From NCBI GenBank assembly GCA_026387965.1, contig JAPLKR010000116.1, forward strand, positions 1 through 47,504: a DNA stretch of 47,504 nucleotides. Reading direction: 5' to 3'. Below the pieces are notes generated by a model. That model saw nothing but the letters and a program-made list of their open reading frames with translations, had not been told where the DNA came from and did no database searches. This stretch comes from Fusobacteriota bacterium. Its GTDB lineage: Bacteria; Fusobacteriota; Fusobacteriia; JAPLKR01. Both the position numbers and the translations under genes were made by a program. Below are positions 1-9,848 of the stretch, in pieces (position 1 is the first letter of the stretch; each line of letters starts with the position of its first letter).

Positions 1-30
1 ATACATATTGCAGTCGCTTAGCAACACTTT

Positions 31-140
31 GCTTGGTGCGCATAGCAGCGAGGGTACACCCAGTAACATTCCGAACCTGGTAGTTAAGCTCGTTTGCGCC
101 GATAATACTTCGTAAGAGGGAACATAGGTTCGTGCCAAGC
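31..140 (+). rRNA. rrf: 5S ribosomal RNA (3' end of an rRNA operon)
   Basis: Terminal helix GCTTGGTGCG...CGTGCCAAGC; conserved ACACC...ATTCCGAAC...GTTAAGC and GCCGAT motifs; followed by tRNAs. Confidence 0.95.
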
Positions 141-186
141 ACTTTTTTTAAAACTCAAATAAATACTAACTGTGCAACAGTCGATT

Positions 187-274
187 GCCTCGGTGGCGGA
201 ATAGGTAGACGCACAGGACTTAAAATCCTGAGGTATCTAATACCGTGCCGGTTCGATTCCGGCTCGAGGCACCA
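187..274 (+). tRNA. tRNA-Leu (TAA)
   Basis: Acceptor stem GCCTCGG/TCGAGGC, anticodon arm CAGGA-CT-TAA-AA-TCCTG, long variable arm, GTTCGATTC T-loop, encoded CCA. Confidence 0.97.
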
Positions 275-300
275 CTTTTTTAATACAGTTTTACACTTGA

Positions 301-376
301 CGCGGAGTAGAGCAGTTGGCAGCTCGTCGGGCTCATAACCCGAAGGTCATAGGTTCGAGTCCTATCTCCGCAACCA
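301..376 (+). tRNA. Initiator tRNA-fMet (CAT)
   Basis: C1:A72 mismatch, three consecutive G:C pairs in the anticodon stem (TCGGG-CT-CAT-AA-CCCGA), CCA end. Confidence 0.96.
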
Positions 377-389
377 AATTAAATCTATT

Positions 390-466
390 GCCGATATAGC
401 TCAGCTGGCTAGAGCATACGGTTCATACCCGTAGGGTCAGAAGTTCGAATCTTCTTATCGGCACCA
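390..466 (+). tRNA. tRNA with CAT anticodon, most likely elongator tRNA-Met
   Basis: Acceptor GCCGATA/TATCGGC, anticodon arm TACGG-TT-CAT-AC-CCGTA, CCA end; Met versus Ile2 call rests on the TTCATAC loop. Confidence 0.9.
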
Positions 467-477
467 ACATAATAATT

Positions 478-503
478 AAACTGAGTGATTAGCTCAGTTT
501 TTT
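478..503 (+). terminator. Rho-independent terminator of the rRNA/tRNA operon
   Basis: AAACTGAG-tgattag-CTCAGTTT hairpin running into a T tract. Confidence 0.8.
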
Positions 504-521
504 ATATTTTATCAAATTAAA

Positions 522-550
522 TTGACCATAGAGGTATTTAATGGTATAGT
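522..550 (+). promoter_or_regulatory. Sigma70-type promoter of the nucleotidase pseudogene
   Basis: TTGACC-17 bp-TATAGT with TGn extended -10. Confidence 0.6.
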
Positions 551-575
551 TTTTTCAACAGTGGTAAAATGGGGA

Positions 576-2248
576 ATGAATATAAAAAATATTTATAGCA
601 AATCAAAAGCAAAACTGGATACTTTGCAATATGTCATCTCGAGCGAAGCCGAGAGACCTATCTCTGTAAAATTCGAAATGTCTCTGCATTGACAACATTG
701 TCAATGTTTGTTTTGAAACGACTCTATAACTTCGCGATATGGCTACTTGTAGCATTTCTTGTTTCAACTTTATCGTTTGCGAAAGTTGTGACGATTGAGA
801 TACTCGCGCTAAATGATTTTCATGCGTATTTAGCTCAAGATTCAAGTCATCCTGGCCTCGATGTTATTGCTACTTACATTATCAAGAGCGACAAGCAAAT
901 CCAAATTCAGTACTACTTTTGAGTGCTGGAGACATGCATCAAGGAACTATGAAGTCAAATATGGTGTATGCTGCAAGTGTTGCAGCAGAGATGAAATATT
1001 TAATGTTTGATGCAATGGTTATCGGTAACCACGAGTTTGGGGCAGTCATATTTACAAGATAGAATTAAGCAGTCCAATTTCCCTTTTTTAGCTGGCAATA
1101 TCTATCAGCTATAACGAAATTACTTCAAAATACAAAGCCGTATACCCTTATTACAGTTAATGAAATTAGGGTTGGGGTGATAATGCTTGAAATGCTCTCT
1201 ACGCAAAGCCCCAGTATCTACTAGGCCTTACATTTGAAGAGCCGAATCCAATTGTTGCACAAACTGTCAAGGCACTACGCGAAGAAGGGACGCAAATTAT
1301 CGTTTTAGATGCCGATATTGCTAAACTATTCTGGTTTATCATCTCTGAATTCAATAACAGGAGAGAGAGCGGATGTAACTGCGGTTACTTCAAATATTAT
1401 TGATGTATCCATAACGAGTTATTCACATCAATTTGTAAATGGCTGGGTGAGAGGTACATCGATAGTTCAAGCAGATTGGGCAGGAAAGGTAATTGATTAA
1501 ATTATAGTAGAATACGATACCGATACTGAGAAAGTAGTTAATGTGAATAGTCGGGTAGTTAATCTCGTGGGTTCATAACTTCCTCAAGATCCGGCAGCAA
1601 TGACGATATATAACCAATATGTAAAAAAAATCACCCTACTGAAAATTAAGTGATCGGGTATTCAAAAAATAAACTTTACAATAGAGGCAGCCCTTTGACT
1701 CCAATCGGAGTATGTGCTTGTGATGTGTCTTGTATAGCAACAATTGTTGATGTATTTATTATTAATAGTGGAGGAGTTCGAACAGTAATTACTGCACGAC
1801 CTGTAAAGATGGGAGAGTTGTATCGAGCATTTCCATTTGATGATTTTATATGTACCACTATTATAAGCGGTGCACAGCTTATAAACTTAATCGAATATTG
1901 TGTTTAAGAAAATGTTAATGGCCGAATTTCTGGGTATTTTTCAGGCTTAAAAATTGTTTGCAATCCTATGTTTCTATCAGGTCAAAGAATTATTTCTATG
2001 ACTGATCTAAAAGAGAATCCGATCATTGACAGTAACAATACTCTGTTGGGACAATAGATTTTGTGACAACAGGAGGAGATGTTTTTTCAATATTTCTGAC
2101 ACTGCCAATAAAAAATACGGAAATTAACTTAAGAGATACGCGGGTAGCTCAAATGAAAAAACAACAAAGTAGTGATGAAGGAGAGAACAACCGTTTAACC
2201 GTTACTAATCAATATTTTAAGCCCTCTTGCTATAGAGAGATTAAATAA
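576..2248 (+). pseudogene. Secreted 5'-nucleotidase/metallophosphoesterase pseudogene
   Basis: Motifs spread over several frames: signal peptide, LALNDFH, LSAGDMHQG, MVIGNHEF, FPFLAGNI, INSGGVR, FPFDD, TGGD; many stops and frameshifts; repeat inserted at codon 7. Confidence 0.9.
594..728 (+). mobile_element. MITE-like repeat family A, copy 1 (inserted in the nucleotidase gene)
   Basis: TATAGCAAATCAAAA...TTTTGAAACGACTCTATA; aligns with 46225-46366, 37473-37609 and reverse complement of 8492-8629; TATA at both ends. Confidence 0.85.
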
Positions 2249-2263
2249 CATCATGTACGATTC

Positions 2264-2292
2264 TTGACCTAACAATCAAGATATGGTATGAT
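2264..2292 (+). promoter_or_regulatory. Sigma70-type promoter upstream of truA
   Basis: TTGACC-17 bp-TATGAT with TGn extended -10. Confidence 0.65.
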
Positions 2293-2335
2293 AAAAAGAG
2301 AATCGTGACCAAATGGTAGTGAAAGTTGGAATAAA

Positions 2336-3073
2336 ATGAAACGATATAAACTCATAATTGCATATAATGGCGCTAATTTTTTTGGTTCTCAAAAGCAAGA
2401 AGCATTAAGAACAGTTCAAAGTGAACTTGAACGTGTTCTTTTTGAAATTCTCTTTGTCAAAATATCAACTATTTTCTCTGGAAGAACGGATAAAGGTGTC
2501 CATGCATTAGCTCAAGTTGTTGTGTTTGATGCAATTATTCCTTTTGAAGATGAGAAGCTTTTTGTGATTATAAATCGAAAACTTCCATTAGATATTAGAG
2601 TGAAATCCTGCGAATGTATTGAAAATAGCTTCAATCCAAGGTTTTCTTCAAAAGTTAAAACATATCAATTTAAAATGAAAGAGATTTCAAATTACAGTGT
2701 GTTTGAATATGATTTTTACTATTTTGTAGAGAGTTCAATAGATGTGGAAAAGTTTAATAAAATTGTGAGTTCAGTTATTGGCACTCATGATTTCACTTCG
2801 TTTAAAAAAAGCGATTGTACGAATAATGAAGTGATTAAAACGATTTACATTGCAAGAATAATTAAGCATAGCTCAGAGTACCATTTTGAAATTAGTGGAA
2901 GTGGTTTCTTGAAAAATATGGTTAGAATTATTTTAGAAGAGAGTCTAAGAGAGTGCTATGGCAAAGAGTTAGAAGGACATATAAAAAGACGACTTTCTAA
3001 TCCAAATATACATGTGCACAAACATTTAGCTCCCGCTCAAGGACTTTATTTGAAGGAAGTATTTTATGAATAA
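2336..3073 (+). CDS. truA: tRNA pseudouridine(38-40) synthase
   Basis: IAYNG, SGRTDKGVHA catalytic motif, GTHDF, GFLKNMVR, APAQGLYL. Confidence 0.95.
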   Translation: MKRYKLIIAYNGANFFGSQKQEALRTVQSELERVLFEILFVKISTIFSGRTDKGVHALAQVVVFDAIIPFEDEKLFVIINRKLPLDIRVKSCECIENSFNPRFSSKVKTYQFKMKEISNYSVFEYDFYYFVESSIDVEKFNKIVSSVIGTHDFTSFKKSDCTNNEVIKTIYIARIIKHSSEYHFEISGSGFLKNMVRIILEESLRECYGKELEGHIKRRLSNPNIHVHKHLAPAQGLYLKEVFYE

Positions 3074-3496
3074 TTTAGTAGTAAAAAGAATCCTTCCCGA
3101 AATGAACAAATTGAATCCGAATCCTTCGGTGAGGGTGCTGTTGATGAGTGGGTGATTATGCCGCTGATGAGATATGGTAGAATTTATGGAGCCTTTATAG
3201 GGGGAGTATTAGTAGGTATTATAGAAATGATTATCTCGGAAAGTTATCAGGGGTATATTTTTAGTTTCGCCATTCGAAGCGCAGTTCGTAATCTTGGTTA
3301 TGGAGAGGAGCTGCTTCGTAAAGTAATTGATGATGTTAGAGAAGCAGGTGTTTTGAAAGAATTAATTTTAACATCCTCCGAGGATAATAGCTGTGCAAAT
3401 AAAATATATGAAAAATTAGGGTTTAAAAAAGGAGAAAAACTTTTAAATGAATATGGTTGGGGAATAGATAGAATTTCATGGTCAAAAAAATTATAA
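3066..3496 (+). pseudogene. GNAT acetyltransferase, apparently frameshifted near 3100 (ORF track gives only 3152-3496)
   Basis: RNLGYG acetyl-CoA motif and NxxAxxxYEKLGF; ATG at 3066 overlaps the truA end but is out of frame with the open stretch EQIESESFGEGAVDEW that leads into the ORF. Confidence 0.65.
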
Positions 3497-3574
3497 AAGT
3501 ATATAAAATGTTAGGTAGCACATTTAAATTATGATATAATAGGGTAGTAAATTTGTTAGAAAAGGAAAAGAAAA

Positions 3575-4342
3575 ATGAGCCTTTCGGTAGCCTTAATAAC
3601 CTATAACGAAGAGAAAAAATTAGCGAGAACTTTAGAAGCTGTAAAATCAATAGCAAATGAAATCATTATTGTAGACTCATTTAGTACGGATAATACGCTA
3701 GTCATTGCAAAAAGTTTTGGAGCGAAAGTGTATCAAGAGCGATGGCAAGGCTACGGAGCACAGAGAAATAGCTTAATTGAAAAATGCACATGTGATTGGA
3801 TCCTGATGATTGATGCAGATGAAGTACTTTCGCCAGAGTGTGTTGAAGATATAAAAATTCAAATTGAGCAGTCGATACATGAAGTGTTTGAAATAGTGTT
3901 TAAAACAGTGTATTTTGACCGAGAAATTAAGTATGGCGGTTGGAGTGGTAGTAAAAAAATAAGACTTCATAAAAAGGGAAGTGGAAAGTTTAATAGTAAT
4001 GTGGTTCACGAAGTGTTTGAAACGGAGAAACCACTTAGAACTCTTAAAGGGAACATATATCATTATACTTATCTTGATATAACGGCTTATTTAGAAAAAT
4101 TTAACCGTTATACCTCGGAAGCGGCGAAAGAGAGGCTCAGAAGAGGGAAAAAATCATCCATTCTAATCATACTTTTAAGAAGTAGCTATAAATTTTTTTA
4201 CCAGTATATTTTAAGGTTGGGTTTTTTAGATGGTGGAGAAGGATTGATACTTGCATATTTTTCAGCATCTTATGCATTTGCGACCTATACAAAACTTAGA
4301 GAATATAACAAAAAAGGAATAACTTATGAAGAGTTATGCTAG
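3575..4342 (+). CDS. GT2 glycosyltransferase (KdtX/WaaE-like LPS core beta-glucosyltransferase)
   Basis: ITYNEE, VDSFSTD, GYGAQRN, IDADE, VHE, GFLDG motifs. Confidence 0.9.
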   Translation: MSLSVALITYNEEKKLARTLEAVKSIANEIIIVDSFSTDNTLVIAKSFGAKVYQERWQGYGAQRNSLIEKCTCDWILMIDADEVLSPECVEDIKIQIEQSIHEVFEIVFKTVYFDREIKYGGWSGSKKIRLHKKGSGKFNSNVVHEVFETEKPLRTLKGNIYHYTYLDITAYLEKFNRYTSEAAKERLRRGKKSSILIILLRSSYKFFYQYILRLGFLDGGEGLILAYFSASYAFATYTKLREYNKKGITYEELC

Positions 4343-5078
4343 TGGTGATTGGATAGTTTACCCTTTTTCAAACGATTATAATTTGGATGATCTTTTAAAA
4401 TGTGTAGAGATGTTTGAAGGAAATGAAGTTCATGAGACAGTAATCAAAAAATACTGCATCGAGGTATTAAAATCGGATTACCGTAGTGTCGTAATAAAAT
4501 TTACATTTAATGGCAAAGCTTTAGTGGCTAAACGCCCCATTGAAAAACATAGCAGAGCATGGGCAAGATTTGTAACACAGTTTCGAGATTCGGAAGTGGT
4601 TGAAGCAAGCAAAAAACTTGAGAGGGTGAAAAGAGTCGGATTAATTGGCAATCAAGCTATTGCTGCATTTGAAAAACGCATTAAAAATAGAGTGGCCGAT
4701 TCATGGCAAGTGTATACATATCTTGAAGGTTGCGTGCCCCCTATAGAAGTGTTTGAAAAAGTAAAAGAGATACTGGTAAAGATTCATCAGCAAGGATACC
4801 TCCATGGAGATTCACAACTTCAAAATTTTTTATATACTCTAGACCAACAAATTGCGGTTATTGATGTAAAGTTAAAACACAATCGATTAGGAAATTACGG
4901 ACGTTCAATGGAGTATGAATATTTGTGTCGCAGTAATTTCTGTTTTAAACCATATTTTGTAAAAGAACGCAAATGGTTTTCGTATAAATTATATATATTT
5001 TTCAAATTTTTACAACTGAGATTTAGAGATGTTAAAAAGATTCGAGAATGGTTTGGTTATAAAAAAAATCAGGCATAA
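4326..5078 (+). CDS. LPS core sugar kinase (WaaP/WaaY/InaA-like fold)
   Basis: VAK lysine, HGDSQLQNF catalytic loop, VID metal motif; LPS context. Confidence 0.75.
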   Translation: MKSYASGDWIVYPFSNDYNLDDLLKCVEMFEGNEVHETVIKKYCIEVLKSDYRSVVIKFTFNGKALVAKRPIEKHSRAWARFVTQFRDSEVVEASKKLERVKRVGLIGNQAIAAFEKRIKNRVADSWQVYTYLEGCVPPIEVFEKVKEILVKIHQQGYLHGDSQLQNFLYTLDQQIAVIDVKLKHNRLGNYGRSMEYEYLCRSNFCFKPYFVKERKWFSYKLYIFFKFLQLRFRDVKKIREWFGYKKNQA

Positions 5079-5093
5079 CCATAAGGAGTGAAG

Positions 5094-6113
5094 ATGAAAA
5101 TATTGATTTCAAGAACGGATAAAATCGGAGATTTAGTGCTTTCAATTCCCTCTTTTAATGCAATTTATCAAATGTATCCGCATGCCGAGATATATTGCTT
5201 AGTGAGAAAATATAATGCCGATATTGTCAGAAATCTTCCTTATATTACGGATGTGATTGTTAAAGACGATTACGAAACTGAAGCCCTTTCTAAATTGATA
5301 CAAAATTTAAAATTAGATATTTTTGTTGCACTTTTTAGTGATACAGAGATAGCAAAGTTAGCTAAGGAATCTGGGGCAAAAAAACGCATAGGCCCTTATT
5401 CGAAGCTAAGTTCATTTTTTTCTTACAATTCGGGCCTTCGTCAAAAACGCTCCGAAAGTTCAAAAAATGAAGCAGAGTATAATTTAGATTTGATTAAAAG
5501 TATTGATGAAGAAAAATTCTCCAAAATCAAAACATTGGACTATCGCGTTCATATTGATAAAGAGTACCGAGAGAAGATAAAAATATGGTTGGAAAAAAGA
5601 GGAATAGACAAATATATCATTGTTCATCCGTTATCTGGAGGTTCAGCAAAAAATCTTTCGCTCAATCAATATGCCAACCTTATTAATAAGCTATCTAGAA
5701 TTTATGATGAGTATTCGATTATTGTGACGGGTTCAGGAGCTGAAGGTGAAGTGGTATATGATATGGTGGGAAGAATAAATCGAGATAATGTATTTGCATG
5801 GATTAGTTCAGAATCTATTCAATATCTCTCAGCGCTTCTTGATAAAAGTGAATTATTTATTGGATCTTCCACAGGGCCTACCCACATTGCGGGAAGTTTA
5901 GGAAAGAAAGTTGTTGGAATTTATCCTAAAATACAAGTTCAATCTAAAGTGCGGTGGGGAATTTATGGAAATCGTAAGGTATTGTATCTTGAACCAAAAG
6001 TAGAGTGCGGTGAAAAATATCATTGTAAAAAAAATTGTAAACATTATGATTGTTTTGAAACTTTACAAATCGGTGAGATACTCGCCAAAATAAATGGATT
6101 ATTAGGGGAATAA
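5094..6113 (+). CDS. GT9 heptosyltransferase-like glycosyltransferase
   Basis: RTDKIGDLVL, IVHP, STGPTHIA; ATG 5094 chosen from AAGGAG spacing. Confidence 0.9.
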   Translation: MKILISRTDKIGDLVLSIPSFNAIYQMYPHAEIYCLVRKYNADIVRNLPYITDVIVKDDYETEALSKLIQNLKLDIFVALFSDTEIAKLAKESGAKKRIGPYSKLSSFFSYNSGLRQKRSESSKNEAEYNLDLIKSIDEEKFSKIKTLDYRVHIDKEYREKIKIWLEKRGIDKYIIVHPLSGGSAKNLSLNQYANLINKLSRIYDEYSIIVTGSGAEGEVVYDMVGRINRDNVFAWISSESIQYLSALLDKSELFIGSSTGPTHIAGSLGKKVVGIYPKIQVQSKVRWGIYGNRKVLYLEPKVECGEKYHCKKNCKHYDCFETLQIGEILAKINGLLGE

Positions 6114-6115
6114 TT

Positions 6116-7228
6116 ATGAGGCATCTTAAAATTCTTGAAATGGCTGCACACTGTCAATTAAGAAGCGGAACGCCAATATTGATGGCACGGTTAGCATTGG
6201 GGTTAAAGAGAGCTGGCCATGATGTGAGCTGCCTTTTTAATGGAGACGTGTTTGTTGAAAAGTCAGATTTTGATTTTTTGCGCGAAGAGGGTATTAAAGT
6301 TAAGATTATTGAAGCAGATAGAGTTAGAGTAAATGGAAGTACAGCAAAAAGTATTATAAAACTTCGTAATTTTTTGAGGAAAAATAAATATGATATCGTG
6401 CACGCCCATGACAGTCAAGCTCTAGACAATCTCCTTCTTGCTTCAGTTGGACTAGATGTTACTATAGTGGTTTCACGTGGATTTATGAAAAAGCTTAATG
6501 GATACAATGCACTAAAATATAAATTGGGGAAAGTTAAAAAGATTTTTGTGGTTTCTAATGCTGTTAAAGAGCGCATGAAAGAGAGTGGTAAAATTCTTGA
6601 TGATAGTAAGTTTGTGATATTTCATGGAATGTTGGATACAAAATCGTTTGAACTAGAATCTAATTTAAGAGCAGAGTTGGGTATATCAACGAAGGAAAAA
6701 ATCATTGGCATTGTGACTAACGAGAGTGATATTAAGGGGTCAGATTTTTTACTCCAAGCGTATGAAAACGCTTGGAAATCAGGAGAACGTTATCGGTTAG
6801 TTCTTGCTGGAGTGACACCGGAATTTGTAAAAAAATATATTGCAGATGAAGCAATTTTGAGCTCTATCTCTGCTTTAGGTTTTCGAAAAGACATTCCCAA
6901 TATTTTAAAAGGATTAGATGTTTTTGTATTTACTTCTAGAGGAGAAGAAGCGCTTGGGTTAACCATCGCGGAGGCTCAAATGGCAGGAGTTCCTGTGATT
7001 GTTATGAATTCTGGAGGGAGTGCAGAAATTGTTTTAGATGGTAAGACAGGGTTTGTAATAGAAAAGGGCAATATTGCAGAGTTGCAAGAAAAAATCTCTT
7101 GGCTGTTATCTCATGAAAGCGAAAGAGTTGAAATGGGTATTGCGGCTAAACTTTATGCTGAAGAAGCTTTTAGTATGGAAGAGGCGGTTAAAAATGCGGA
7201 AAGAGTATATAACGGCTTGCTTAGATAA
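6116..7228 (+). CDS. GT4 glycosyltransferase
   Basis: DIVHAH, LGFRKD, EALGLTIAEA (EX7E), DGKTG. Confidence 0.9.
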   Translation: MRHLKILEMAAHCQLRSGTPILMARLALGLKRAGHDVSCLFNGDVFVEKSDFDFLREEGIKVKIIEADRVRVNGSTAKSIIKLRNFLRKNKYDIVHAHDSQALDNLLLASVGLDVTIVVSRGFMKKLNGYNALKYKLGKVKKIFVVSNAVKERMKESGKILDDSKFVIFHGMLDTKSFELESNLRAELGISTKEKIIGIVTNESDIKGSDFLLQAYENAWKSGERYRLVLAGVTPEFVKKYIADEAILSSISALGFRKDIPNILKGLDVFVFTSRGEEALGLTIAEAQMAGVPVIVMNSGGSAEIVLDGKTGFVIEKGNIAELQEKISWLLSHESERVEMGIAAKLYAEEAFSMEEAVKNAERVYNGLLR

Positions 7229-7281
7229 TAGTTTTAGCCTGGCTAAAATATGTTGAGTAAGAGAAAATTGGAGGTCATAGG

Positions 7282-8310
7282 ATGATTGAAATAGTGTGCA
7301 TAGTAGTTGTGGCTATCGTACTTTATGCAGTTTTTAATCAAAATGGATTTCCTGTTTTTTTATTTCATAAAATTGATGATCAGAGTGATACGAATGAGTT
7401 AGAGTTTGAAGCGATATTAAAACATTTACAAGAAAAGCAGTTTAAAACGGTGACAGCTCGTGAGATTGAGAACGGTGTAAAAATTGATAAAAAATGTATT
7501 ATGCTAACATTCGATGATGGGTATCTCAATAATTATCAAAAAGTATTTCCACTTATTAAAAAATATCAGACGAAGATAACACTTTTTATTAATTCTGATT
7601 ATATTTTAGAAAATGAGGAGGTGCGAGCGGCAGATACGATGCACTCTCATTATCCTTTTTTACTTTGGTCTGAAATTCAAGAGATGCAAGAGAGTGGGCT
7701 TGTTGACATACAGCTTCATACAGGAAAGCACTATTTTCATTTTGTATCAAGTGAGATTAAAGAGGTTTTCACGCACGAGGAGAATCTTCAGGATTTGAAA
7801 AATTATCAAGAGCTATATGGTCGTGAGGAAGCGTTAGAGGGGCTTCCCATTTTCAGAAAACGTGGGGCAACTTCTCAGCCTGGATTTATATTAGACTTAA
7901 ATAAGTTAGATGCACTTAAAACGAGAATTTCAAAGTATTCTGAGTTAAAGTTAGCGAATAAAGCATTGGATTTTTTAGAGTACGGTAGAATTGAAACGAT
8001 AAAAGAATTTAAAAAACGCATTGTGCAGACAGTTTCTGATAATCAGCTAGCCATTAACCACTATTTAGGTTACAATGCTAAAAATTTTGCTTGGCCATGG
8101 GGGCATTTCACAAAAAACAGTGTTGAAGTTATGGGAAGCATAGGAATTAAGGGGCTATACACTTGCATTAAGGGGCCAAATAGACGAAAAGTAGATTTAA
8201 GGTGCATAAGACGCGATAGTTTCAGACAAGCTTCTTTAAAGCGATTTAAATGGAAACTCTACCTGTGTAGAAATACGATACTCGGGAAAATTTATGAGTG
8301 GGTATCCTAG
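7282..8310 (+). CDS. Polysaccharide deacetylase (CE4/NodB) with N-terminal anchor
   Basis: FLFHK, LTFDDGY, QLHTGKH, AWPWG; hydrophobic N-terminus. Confidence 0.88.
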   Translation: MIEIVCIVVVAIVLYAVFNQNGFPVFLFHKIDDQSDTNELEFEAILKHLQEKQFKTVTAREIENGVKIDKKCIMLTFDDGYLNNYQKVFPLIKKYQTKITLFINSDYILENEEVRAADTMHSHYPFLLWSEIQEMQESGLVDIQLHTGKHYFHFVSSEIKEVFTHEENLQDLKNYQELYGREEALEGLPIFRKRGATSQPGFILDLNKLDALKTRISKYSELKLANKALDFLEYGRIETIKEFKKRIVQTVSDNQLAINHYLGYNAKNFAWPWGHFTKNSVEVMGSIGIKGLYTCIKGPNRRKVDLRCIRRDSFRQASLKRFKWKLYLCRNTILGKIYEWVS

Positions 8311-8491
8311 AAAATAAAATTCAATAACATTTTGAGGCGTACTAAAATCCGTAAAATCTAAATACTTGCGACAGATTCCACGGTTAAGAGATATATAGGA
8401 CACGGGTGAAAATGTGATAATTTTATGCAAAGGCAAGAATTAAACACGAATTCTCATGAAGAAATTGCTCAAAAAAGGTTGTTAAAGATTA

Positions 8492-8629
8492 TATAGCATT
8501 TTCAAAACAAACCTTGACTCATGTCATGTCGACCAAGGCGGAGACAACTATTCATTTAAAAGATAGATCTCTCAACTTGGCTCAAGATGACATACAAAAA
8601 ATATTCTGTTTTGTTTTTGATTTGCAATA
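8492..8629 (-). mobile_element. MITE-like repeat family A, copy 2
   Basis: Reverse complement closely matches 37473-37609 over its full length. Confidence 0.85.
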
Positions 8630-8665
8630 GGATAAGGAAATTCAATATAATAAGGGGTGAATTAG

Positions 8666-9709
8666 ATGATTATAGCGATAATCGTTTTAGTGATAATATT
8701 AGCCCTCCTTTGGTGGGCGCATGGTGAGGGAGTGCCTGTCTTTTTATACCACGAAGTCAGGAAAGATTCGGGTACACACCCGCTACTCTTAGAGAGTGAA
8801 ATGTCTTATTTGGCCTCTAAAAAGGCGAAAAGTTTCAACTTCACCACAGCAAAAAATTATATTGATATGCATGGGAAGTTGCCAAGAAATAGCGTGATTA
8901 TTACCCTTGATGATGGCTATGAGGACAACTATTCTAAAGCGTACCCTATATTTAAAAAACATAACATTTCAGCTACGATATTTGTTAATTCCGGATTCGT
9001 GGGTAAGAAGGCGGAATTTTTAACCTATGAACAGATGCGCGAGATGCACCCCCTCATCGATGTTCAAACCCACACAAGATACCACAACAAAAACTTTTCA
9101 AGTTTAAAATTGATTGGGGTGATTGGTATATTTGGTGAACTTAAGAATGGAGTAGATGATATTTATGGTATTTCACGAGAAGTGGGATTTCCAATACTTG
9201 AGTATGGGGGTGAGATAACACATAGAAAGTTAAGTATCTCGAGTGCGTTCTTCATCCAATTTAAAAAATATTTTGATGAAAATTTATCTGATTTAACAGA
9301 AAAAGAGATCCTTGAAAGAGGACAAGGTTTTGTTAATGAAAGAGCTGATGACATTTGTATTGAGAGTGATGAGATGTGGAAAAAGAGAGTTGCGGAAGCG
9401 TATTTATGCAATAGAAGAGATCTAGAAAAGGGAAGTGGACAACAAATAGAGCACTTAGCGTGGCCTTGGGGGTATTATAATAAAAAAACACATCAATGGT
9501 TAAAAGAGTCTGGAGTAGTTGGTTTTGCAACCTGTATACGTGGCACAAATTCTCGAAAACTCAATTTTGAATGGATTAGAAGAAATAGTATCCAAAATGC
9601 CAATATGAAGAAGTTTAAATTTCGTTATTTTATCTGTAAAAACCTCATATTGGGTTGGATTTATGAGAAGCTTTCTACAAAAAATGCGAAGTGGGAGATA
9701 AAAGAGTAG
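8666..9709 (+). CDS. Polysaccharide deacetylase (CE4/NodB), paralogue of 7282-8310
   Basis: FLYHE, ITLDDGY, QTHTRYH, AWPWG; shared C-terminal CxNxILGxIYE. Confidence 0.88.
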   Translation: MIIAIIVLVIILALLWWAHGEGVPVFLYHEVRKDSGTHPLLLESEMSYLASKKAKSFNFTTAKNYIDMHGKLPRNSVIITLDDGYEDNYSKAYPIFKKHNISATIFVNSGFVGKKAEFLTYEQMREMHPLIDVQTHTRYHNKNFSSLKLIGVIGIFGELKNGVDDIYGISREVGFPILEYGGEITHRKLSISSAFFIQFKKYFDENLSDLTEKEILERGQGFVNERADDICIESDEMWKKRVAEAYLCNRRDLEKGSGQQIEHLAWPWGYYNKKTHQWLKESGVVGFATCIRGTNSRKLNFEWIRRNSIQNANMKKFKFRYFICKNLILGWIYEKLSTKNAKWEIKE

Positions 9710-9848
9710 AAGAGGAAAATTCAATTCAATGGAAGAAGTTATTTTGCCACTGATTAAGCGGATTTTACAAATTATAAATTCAAAAGATTAACCTTGGACC
9801 CTATAGGCACGGGGTGTGAAGGAGATAAACAAGAAAGAAGGGTAGAGG

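Noticed and set aside
132-338. 68-aa ORF
   Set aside because: Overlaps 5S rRNA and two tRNAs
8334-8360. GAGGCGTACTAAAATCCGT as a family B left end
   Set aside because: Partial match only, with no paired right end nearby
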